A DNA stretch of 64,000 bases from a virus (lineage: Duplodnaviria > Caudoviricetes): positions 1 through 64,000 of IMG/VR virus record IMGVR_UViG_2911420635_000004. One strand, written 5' to 3'. The notes below the pieces were generated by a model. That model worked only from the letters and a program-made list of their open reading frames with translations. It had not been told where the DNA came from and ran no database searches. Of this stretch, positions 56,885 to 64,000 are shown one piece after another. The stretch's first letter is position 1, and the number at the start of each line of letters is the position of its first letter. The translations under genes and the position numbers were made by a program.

Positions 56885-57437
56885 TCCTTATAAATTCAAG
56901 ATGCTCGACGGCATCCTGAGTTCTGAAACAAAACTGATCCTTGAGACGGTTCGGTAAAAGTTTTTCAATCGTTTCTTTGTCTGCTTTTGGAGTTCCAGGC
57001 TCACCAGCACCTTCACCGCTGATATAAATCTGAAGGGTACGGGCTGTCTGATCGTCGGCAATCTTTCCACCGATGATATCAATTACGTTGTATTTTTTCA
57101 GAAGCTGAGGAAAGAGGTCTTTCTTTCGATTGGCCGCTACAAAATGCAGCCATTCGATACTGGGTTCTTGAAAAAAGTAAGCGAGAATGTTTGGGTCATA
57201 GTGAAATTTGTAGACGGATATTTGTCCGTCAGCTGGATCAAAGTTTTTTGGAACAGCACCGAGGTGTTTTGCTTTGCGAACAGAAAGCTGGACATAGTTA
57301 TATGCTTGTTCATAAGATGAGGTTAAGTAGAAACCACGACCAAAATCGAGACCACCCATACAGCGGCTTAAGTCGATGTCAGGAATACTGACATAACTTC
57401 CGTGGTAGAGCAGCATTCCATCTTCAAGTCCTATCAT
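56856..57437 (-). CDS. DUF3990-like protein (predicted ADP-ribosyltransferase fold)
   Basis: LYHGS, DFGRGFYLT, QA, WLHFVAANR, DIIGGKIADD, Q.CF motifs. Confidence 0.75.
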   Translation of the reverse strand: MIGLEDGMLLYHGSYVSIPDIDLSRCMGGLDFGRGFYLTSSYEQAYNYVQLSVRKAKHLGAVPKNFDPADGQISVYKFHYDPNILAYFFQEPSIEWLHFVAANRKKDLFPQLLKKYNVIDIIGGKIADDQTARTLQIYISGEGAGEPGTPKADKETIEKLLPNRLKDQFCFRTQDAVEHLEFIRSDRYGDIKL

Positions 57438-57679
57438 ACGGTAACACCTCGATTCTTGAGCAGGGTTTCAACATCATGCAAAGCGCATTCGTAGCTATTC
57501 AAATGAAGAATGTCATAGCAGTCAGCGATAAATCCGAGAATGTCGTATTTCTTAAACAGTTCTGCGCAGTCGCTGGGAGACATTTTCCATTTGGATTGAG
57601 CCATCCGAAAGACCCAGCACTGCATATCGGCAATGTCAATATTATATCCACTCATAGAGCATACCTCCTTTGAGTACAA
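57434..57679 (-). CDS. DUF3791-like protein
   Basis: MS..ELF.KY.IL.FI..CYD.LH pattern; ggagg RBS; ATGA overlap with the DUF3990-like gene. Confidence 0.7.
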   Translation of the reverse strand: MYSKEVCSMSGYNIDIADMQCWVFRMAQSKWKMSPSDCAELFKKYDILGFIADCYDILHLNSYECALHDVETLLKNRGVTV

Positions 57680-57691
57680 TTTCTCAATTTA

Positions 57692-57720
57692 AGTATAGCT
57701 CTTTTTCTGCCGCTTAGCAA
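57692..57720 (-). promoter_or_regulatory. sigmaA promoter of the inverted four-gene moron
   Basis: TTGCTA(57720)-N17-TATACT(57697). Confidence 0.7.
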
Positions 57721-57809
57721 CGACAGAATTGTAAATTTCAGATTATTTTCCGCCTGTCTGCTTCGTGCAGATGGGCTTTTCTTATGCCCAAAAGGAGGTG
57801 GTCATCCAC

Positions 57810-60800
57810 ATGGCATCCAGAATCCAGGGCATCACCGTTGAGATCGGCGGCGATACCACAAAGCTCTCCAAAGCACTGGAAAGTGTAAACAAGTCAATCA
57901 AGGGGACGCAGTCCGGACTGAAGGATGTCAACAAACTCCTGAAGCTGGACCCCTCCAATACAGAACTGGTTGTCCAGAAGCAGAAGATGCTCAAGGATGC
58001 CATCGAAGCCACCAAGGAAAAGCTGGCAACTCTGAAAACTGCTGCACAGCAGGCCAATGAGCAGCTTGCCAACGGTGAGATCACCCAGCAGCAGTACGAT
58101 GCCCTCCAGCGTGAGATCGTGGAGACCGAACAGAATCTGCGGTCTTTACAAGACCAGGCGGCGACCACGAATGCGACCCTTGCCAAGATCGATGAAGCCG
58201 GAGAAAAGCTCCAGAACATTGGATCTTCTGTGGAGAATGTCGGTAAGAAGTTCCTGCCGGTGACTGCCGCTGTAACGGGTCTTGGCACTGTCGCAGTGAA
58301 GACCGCAGCCGACTTCGATTCCGAGATGAGTAAGGTTTCTGCCATTTCCGGTGCGACTGGGGATGACTTCGACCAGCTTCGTGCAAAAGCCCGTGAAATG
58401 GGTGCTAAGACCAAGTTCTCCGCATCAGAGGCTGCTTCGGCGATGGAGTACATGGCCATGGCCGGATGGAAGATTTCTGACATGCTGAACGGCATCGAGG
58501 GCGTCATGAATCTCGCGGCCGCTTCGGGTGAAGACCTCGCTACGACTTCAGATATTGTCACGGATGCCCTCACCGCTTTCGGTTTGTCTGCGGCGGATTC
58601 CGGGCATTTTGCAGATATCCTTGCAGCCGCTTCATCCAATGCGAATACCAACGTCAGCTTGATGGGCGAGACGTTCAAGTACTGTGCACCTATCGCCGGT
58701 GCGCTTGGGTTCTCGGCAGAGGATACCGCAGAAGCCATCGGACTTATGGCAAACAGTGGTATCAAGGCTTCACAGGCGGGTACTTCCCTTCGTACCATCA
58801 TGAACAACCTTTCCGGTGAAGTGACCTTTGTCGGTAAAAACATCGGTGAAGTTACGATTGCCACCAGCAATGCAGATGGCAGCATGAGGAGCCTGAATGA
58901 TATCCTCGCAGACTGCCGTGTAGCATTCTCTGGCTTGACCGAATCTGAAAAAGCATCCAATGCAGAGGCACTGGTCGGCAAGAATGCGATGTCTGGTTTC
59001 CTTGCCCTGATGAATTCCAGCGAGACGGACATCAACAAACTGCGTGGTGCCATTGAAAACTGTGACGGCGCATCCGAGAGCATGGCAGAAACCATGCAGG
59101 ACAACTTAAATGGTCAGCTCACCATCCTGAAATCTCAGCTGGAGGAGCTGGCTATTTCTTTTGGCGATATCCTGATGCCCACCATCCGCAAGATCGTATC
59201 TGCCGTGCAGCAGTTCGTGGACAAGCTCAACAGCATGGATGAGGGTACCAGGGAAACGATCATCAAGATCGGACTCCTGGCGGCATCCATCGGTCCGCTG
59301 CTCATTGTGCTGGGCAAGACCATATCGACCGTCGGCACAGCGATGCGGGGGTTCAGTTCTCTTGCAAAGGGTGTCCGGCTTCTCATCACCCATGTGGGCA
59401 GTGCCAGTGGTGTGTTCAGCAAGCTGGGTGTGGTTCTGGGTGGTCTGTCCGGCCCGGTTGTAGCAGTAGTGGCGGTCATCGGTACACTGGTGGCGGCCTT
59501 CATGAACCTCTGGAACACCAACGAGGAGTTTCGTACTGCCATTACCGGCATCTGGAACGACATTGTTTCCAAAGTGAAAGGCTTCTGCGACCAGCTGACA
59601 CAGCGGATCAACGGACTGGGCTTTGACTTTAAGGATGTCACAGAGGTACTGAAGGCAGTATGGGATGGTTTCTGTCAGGTGCTTGCACCGCTGTTTGAGG
59701 GAGCGTTCCAGAATATTGCCACCATCCTTGGCGTCGTTCTGGATACCTTACTGGGTCTTTTCGATGTCTTTTCCAATGTGTTCTCCGGCAACTGGAGTGG
59801 CGCATGGGAAGCGGCAAAGGGCATCTTCTCCAGTATCTGGGATGGCGTGAAGTCTGTATTCTCTACGACTCTTACCGCATTAAAGAGCGCACTGGATGTG
59901 TTTCTTGGGCTGTTCGGTACGGACTGGCAGACGGTCTGGGGCAGTATCAAGAGCTTCTTTGAGACCGTGTGGAGCGGAATCAGCAGCTTCTTTTCAAACA
60001 CAGTTTCTGCTATCCAGAGTGTGGCAACGACTGTGTTCACTGCAGTTTCGAGCTTCTTTACGACTGTCCTTACGAGTATCCAGACGACCTTCAGCACCAT
60101 CTGGACTGCCATTTCCACAGCCGTTTCTTCTGTGTTGAATACGATCCATACCACGGTGACAACTGTGTGGACGGCGATCTCGACTGCGATTTCTACGGTC
60201 ATGAACACCATCAGCACGACGATCACTTCGGTGTGGAATGGCATCTACAACACCATGAAACCTCTGTTGGATGCGTTCAAATATCTGTTTGAAACCATCT
60301 GGCAGGCAATTCAGATCCTGATCGGCGCAGCACTGACTGCGATCCAGACGAAGATCACTTCCATCTGGAACGCCATCGTCGCCTTTGTGACTCCGATCCT
60401 GACTGGATTGCAGACGACTTTCTCTACGGTTTGGTCCGCGATCCAGATAGCCATATCTACGGTGCTGACTGCAATCCAGACCGCGGTGACAACTGTATGG
60501 AACGCTATTGTATCGTTCCTGTCTCCGCTGCTGACTGGCATTCAGACCCGGATGAGTACGGCATGGAATGCAATCAAGACGGTCATTTCGACTGTCCTTT
60601 CAGCAATCCAGTCCACGGTTTCTTCCATCTGGAGCGCCATCAGCAGCAAAATCTCCGGTGTGGTAAATGGTATCAAATCGGTGGTTTCTTCCGGCTGGAA
60701 TGCCATGAAGTCTACGGTTTCGTCCCTCAGTAACAGCATCAAGAGCGCGGCGACCACAGCTTTTAACTCGATGAAATCCGGGATTTCCTCTACCATTTCC

Positions 60801-63719
60801 GGTATTAAGTCCACCATCACGAACGGCTTTAACAGTGCAGTTTCCTTTATCAAGGGTCTGGCTGGACAGGCATTCTCGTGGGGCTCTGACATGATCGGCA
60901 ACATTGTGTCCGGTATCCAGTCGAGGATTCAGGATGTGGCAAGCGCCGTATCGGGAGTGGCGGACCGTATCCGCTCTTTCCTGCACTTCTCTGTGCCGGA
61001 TGAGGGGCCTCTGGCAGATATGGAAAGCTGGATGCCGGACTTCATGCAGGGACTGGCAAACGGCATCACGACCAACACCAGCCTTGTAACTGCGGCGGCA
61101 GAGAATCTGTCCACCACGCTGTCTACTTCCATCACCAACTCCATGAGGGGAGTGGAGCAGGCATACAGTAAGAGCTGGGCGGCCATCAGCCAGACGGTGA
61201 AGACCGGAACGGCAGGTGTGAGTGCCGCGATGAGATCCGCATGGAGTTCCATTACAACCAGTACCACGAGCACATGGAACAGCATCAAGACCACCATCCA
61301 GACCAGCTTTGCGGCGGTGAAGACCAATGTGACCTCTGCGACAGCAGCAGTGAAAACGTCCATGACCAGTGCATGGAATGCAGTGAAGTCGCTGACAACG
61401 ACCAGCTGGAACGGCATTAAAACGGTCATTACCACAGCGTGGAACGGGATCAAGTCCCTTACTACTTCTGCGACTGCTTCTGTAAAATCCTCCATGACAA
61501 GCGCATGGAATGCGGTGAAAACTCTGACGAACACCAGCTGGAATGGTATCAAGACGGTGATTACGACAGCGTGGAACAGTATCAAGTCTCTTACAACTTC
61601 CTCTGTATCCACAGTTCGCAGTACGGTCACAAGCAGCTGGAACACACTGAAATCCACCACGACCTCTGCTTTCAATAGCATCAAGTCCACGGTGTCTTCG
61701 GCAATGTCCAGTCTACGCAGCACGGTTTCCTCCGGTGTTGCAAATATCAGGAGCAGCTTTAACTCGCTCGGTTCGATTGCTTCTTCGGCATACCGCTGGG
61801 GTGCAGATATCTGTTCCCAGATGGCGGCAGGTGTCCGGGCAGCGGCCGGTTCCGTGATCGCGGCGGCAGAAAATGTCGCAAGCAGGGTCAGAAGTCTGCT
61901 GCATTTCTCTGTGCCGGACGAAGGACCTCTGTCCGATGCAGACACCTATATGCCTGACTTCATGAAGCTGCTGGCGACCGGCATTAAGAAAAATGTCAAG
62001 TCGGTAGTGAAGGCTGTGCAGGGGCTTGCCGGGTCTATGAGCAGTAACCTCACGACTCCGGTGGATTCTCTGGGCGACTGGATGGATTCTGTGGTCGGCA
62101 GTTTTGCCACTACGATCAAGAGAAGCCAGAGCGGTGTCGGCAGTGCTGCAAGGGATGTGGGCAGCGGTATCCAGTCCCAGCTGATGGCCGGGCTTTCCGG
62201 GCTGAAAACACAGTTCCAGCAGCTCTGGACTGACCTGCAGGGTATCACCAAAACAGCAGTCGGCAGTATGAGCGATGAAGTGAAGCAGGGCTTTACGGAC
62301 ATAAAGGATTCCATTGGAGAGCTGAGTTCTCAGACCGGTTCCCTTGGAAATGCGATCCGCAGCCTTGGCGATACCTTCAACTCGGATTTCCTAAAGAGCC
62401 TGGGCAATGGCATCAGCAAAGTCGGTGATACGGTCAATACGGTCACCGGTCTTGTGGACAAGCTCGGCTCTATGAAGAACACCATCGGAAACCTCGGAAG
62501 TACGTTGCAGAACCTCGGCAATGTTCTTGGCTCCGAAAACGGAGGCGGTCTGCTGTCCAACATCGGCAGTTTCCTGTCGAAGATCGGCAGCGCAGATGGC
62601 GGTCAGATCGTGTCGAACTTTGGCAACCTGATCTCCGGGCTGACCTCCAAAATGGGCGGTCTGGGAGAGGGAATCTCCGGTATCATCTCGAAGCTGGGAA
62701 GCCTTGGCTCCAGCGGTGGGGGAATCCTGTCGAATCTGGGCGGGCTGCTTTCCGGTGTAGTGACGAAGATCGGCGGCTTAGGCGGCAGTCTTTCTGGGCT
62801 TCTGTCTGGTGTGGGTTCCACATTGGGCGGAATTGCTGGTTCTGCCGGCTCCGCAATCGCAGGACTGTTCGGCTCGGTTGGCACGGCCGTATCTGGTCTG
62901 GCGGCAGGTGCGGGTACGGCTCTTGCAGGCGTAGCAAGCTCCGCAGGTGGTTTCCTCGCATCCGCAGGCACAGCACTTGCTGGTCTGGCGGGTCCTGCAG
63001 GTATCGCAGTGGCGGCCGTTGGCGGCATCGGTCTTGGACTGACCGCTCTCTGGAAAAACTGCGATGGCTTCCGGGAAGGAGTCACGAATATCTGGAACAA
63101 GGTCACTTCGGTATTCTCGAATGGAGTAAATGCCATCAAGAACGGTATCTCCAATGCGGCTTCTGCCATCGGCAACGTGGCATCGTCCATCTGGGGCGGT
63201 ATCAAGAACGTGGCTTCCTCGGCAGTCAGCTGGGGCAAGGATATCGTTGGCGGTATTGCAGGAGGCATCAAGAAGGGTGTGAGCTGGGTCGGCAGTGCGG
63301 TCAAGAGTGTGGCAAGCGGTATCCGTTCGTTCCTGCACTTCTCTGTGCCGGATGAAGGACCTCTGGCAGATGCGGACACCTATATGCCAGACTTTATGAA
63401 GCTGCTTTCCGGCGGCATCAAGAAAGGCGAGGGCGGACTAATCAGCCAGATCAAGTCGATGGCAGCAAAGGTGCAGCAGGGTATGGAGGGCATCAGTTCC
63501 TTCAGTCTGCCGGAACTGACCCTGCCGCACTTCGATGGCTCTGGCTGGAACTTCCCGCAGGCGGCTCTGGCCGGAGGCGGTACCACCCGGACGACCAACC
63601 TTGGTGGCGTATATATCACGGTCAACGGCTACAATGCCCGGAACGATGATGAACTCGCACAGACCGTTGCCGATAAGATCAACGGCATGATCCACGAGGA
63701 TGATTCGGTCTTCAAGTAA
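57810..63719 (+). CDS. Tape measure protein (TP901-type N-terminus), ~1970 aa
   Basis: MASRIQGITVEIGGDT; FSASEAASAMEYMAMAGW; W-spaced 11/22-residue repeats; three LHFSVPDEGPL motifs. Confidence 0.93.
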   Translation: MASRIQGITVEIGGDTTKLSKALESVNKSIKGTQSGLKDVNKLLKLDPSNTELVVQKQKMLKDAIEATKEKLATLKTAAQQANEQLANGEITQQQYDALQREIVETEQNLRSLQDQAATTNATLAKIDEAGEKLQNIGSSVENVGKKFLPVTAAVTGLGTVAVKTAADFDSEMSKVSAISGATGDDFDQLRAKAREMGAKTKFSASEAASAMEYMAMAGWKISDMLNGIEGVMNLAAASGEDLATTSDIVTDALTAFGLSAADSGHFADILAAASSNANTNVSLMGETFKYCAPIAGALGFSAEDTAEAIGLMANSGIKASQAGTSLRTIMNNLSGEVTFVGKNIGEVTIATSNADGSMRSLNDILADCRVAFSGLTESEKASNAEALVGKNAMSGFLALMNSSETDINKLRGAIENCDGASESMAETMQDNLNGQLTILKSQLEELAISFGDILMPTIRKIVSAVQQFVDKLNSMDEGTRETIIKIGLLAASIGPLLIVLGKTISTVGTAMRGFSSLAKGVRLLITHVGSASGVFSKLGVVLGGLSGPVVAVVAVIGTLVAAFMNLWNTNEEFRTAITGIWNDIVSKVKGFCDQLTQRINGLGFDFKDVTEVLKAVWDGFCQVLAPLFEGAFQNIATILGVVLDTLLGLFDVFSNVFSGNWSGAWEAAKGIFSSIWDGVKSVFSTTLTALKSALDVFLGLFGTDWQTVWGSIKSFFETVWSGISSFFSNTVSAIQSVATTVFTAVSSFFTTVLTSIQTTFSTIWTAISTAVSSVLNTIHTTVTTVWTAISTAISTVMNTISTTITSVWNGIYNTMKPLLDAFKYLFETIWQAIQILIGAALTAIQTKITSIWNAIVAFVTPILTGLQTTFSTVWSAIQIAISTVLTAIQTAVTTVWNAIVSFLSPLLTGIQTRMSTAWNAIKTVISTVLSAIQSTVSSIWSAISSKISGVVNGIKSVVSSGWNAMKSTVSSLSNSIKSAATTAFNSMKSGISSTISGIKSTITNGFNSAVSFIKGLAGQAFSWGSDMIGNIVSGIQSRIQDVASAVSGVADRIRSFLHFSVPDEGPLADMESWMPDFMQGLANGITTNTSLVTAAAENLSTTLSTSITNSMRGVEQAYSKSWAAISQTVKTGTAGVSAAMRSAWSSITTSTTSTWNSIKTTIQTSFAAVKTNVTSATAAVKTSMTSAWNAVKSLTTTSWNGIKTVITTAWNGIKSLTTSATASVKSSMTSAWNAVKTLTNTSWNGIKTVITTAWNSIKSLTTSSVSTVRSTVTSSWNTLKSTTTSAFNSIKSTVSSAMSSLRSTVSSGVANIRSSFNSLGSIASSAYRWGADICSQMAAGVRAAAGSVIAAAENVASRVRSLLHFSVPDEGPLSDADTYMPDFMKLLATGIKKNVKSVVKAVQGLAGSMSSNLTTPVDSLGDWMDSVVGSFATTIKRSQSGVGSAARDVGSGIQSQLMAGLSGLKTQFQQLWTDLQGITKTAVGSMSDEVKQGFTDIKDSIGELSSQTGSLGNAIRSLGDTFNSDFLKSLGNGISKVGDTVNTVTGLVDKLGSMKNTIGNLGSTLQNLGNVLGSENGGGLLSNIGSFLSKIGSADGGQIVSNFGNLISGLTSKMGGLGEGISGIISKLGSLGSSGGGILSNLGGLLSGVVTKIGGLGGSLSGLLSGVGSTLGGIAGSAGSAIAGLFGSVGTAVSGLAAGAGTALAGVASSAGGFLASAGTALAGLAGPAGIAVAAVGGIGLGLTALWKNCDGFREGVTNIWNKVTSVFSNGVNAIKNGISNAASAIGNVASSIWGGIKNVASSAVSWGKDIVGGIAGGIKKGVSWVGSAVKSVASGIRSFLHFSVPDEGPLADADTYMPDFMKLLSGGIKKGEGGLISQIKSMAAKVQQGMEGISSFSLPELTLPHFDGSGWNFPQAALAGGGTTRTTNLGGVYITVNGYNARNDDELAQTVADKINGMIHEDDSVFK

Positions 63720-63733
63720 AGGAGGAGATGCGT

Positions 63734-64000
63734 ATGGGCTATAACACCCCAAAGCAGACAGTATCACAGTTTCAGCTCAAAGGCAGATATGCCAGACAGT
63801 ATCTGTCCTTTGCCGGGAAGTCCAGCAAGGACTTCCTTTTATATTTGTCTGGTCCCGGTGTGTATGATTCCCCGGCTGCGGATGTGGAGAGCACCTCCGT
63901 ACCCGGCAGGAACGGGGACATCATCACCGAGAATGCAAGGACAGGCAGGCGCAGATATCAGAACGTGGATATCAAGTATAAGGCATTTTTCTTCAACGGT
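63734..64000 (+). CDS. Distal tail protein (Dit)-like, partial
   Basis: Open to the window end; LSFAGKSSKDF...SVPGRNGDI pattern; follows the tape measure gene. Confidence 0.7.
   Translation, partial: MGYNTPKQTVSQFQLKGRYARQYLSFAGKSSKDFLLYLSGPGVYDSPAADVESTSVPGRNGDIITENARTGRRRYQNVDIKYKAFFFNG

Larger units (their letters stand above)
6682..64000. mobile_element. Temperate siphovirus-type prophage (HK97-like head, Pol A replication, MetK/MTase/amidoligase accessory block); left boundary uncertain, continues beyond the window
   Basis: Contiguous regulation, replication, packaging, head and tail modules; no integrase or att site identified in the window. Confidence 0.9.

Noticed and set aside
57810-64000. 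Diversity-generating retroelement
   Set aside because: No reverse transcriptase or TR/VR pair in the window; tail fibre genes lie beyond the edge
1-64000. tRNA or rRNA genes
   Set aside because: None recognised by eye; a tRNAscan-SE run would be needed to exclude them

Overview
The window has two parts. 1-~6.5 kb is the tail of a low-GC surface-polysaccharide locus: glf, a family-3 acyltransferase broken at a G7 tract, and a sugar nucleotidyltransferase, followed by accessory genes including a candidate HEPN protein. ~6.7 kb to the end is a large temperate siphovirus-type prophage of a clostridial gut Firmicute; a Faecalibacterium/Oscillospiraceae-like host is my inference from composition and gene content. 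It runs off the right edge, and no integrase or endolysin is in view. Prophage order: SOS-boxed Y-family polymerase/ImmA/XRE cassette; XRE and sigma-like regulators; replication module (DUF2800 nuclease, DUF2815 SSB, Pol A, VRR-NUC, SNF2 helicase, prim-pol/SF3 helicase, iteron-rich putative origin); MetK, HNH and putative cos; three DNA methyltransferases; amidoligase/GGCT genes; a ~9 kb array of small genes; terminase, holin, HK97-type head and tail genes, tape measure and the start of Dit. Best leads: (1) 11 copies of one operator+sigmaA-promoter unit that divide 36.5-45.3 kb into single-gene expression cassettes, many encoding very acidic small proteins; (2) an in-frame GGT-TAA-GGA inside the helicase Walker A motif, where skipping 6 nt restores DMGLGKT (stop-hop or excision scar); (3) an Abi_2/AbiF-like gene followed by its own promoter, a cUUCGg hairpin and a terminator, i.e. 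a candidate ~65-nt RNA antitoxin; (4) an orphan MazF-like gene behind a structured leader; (5) an inverted DUF3990 + 3x DUF3791-like cassette, and an SPFH gene flanked by identical 18-bp hairpins, both inside the tail operon. Family names come from motif recognition by eye, not database searches.
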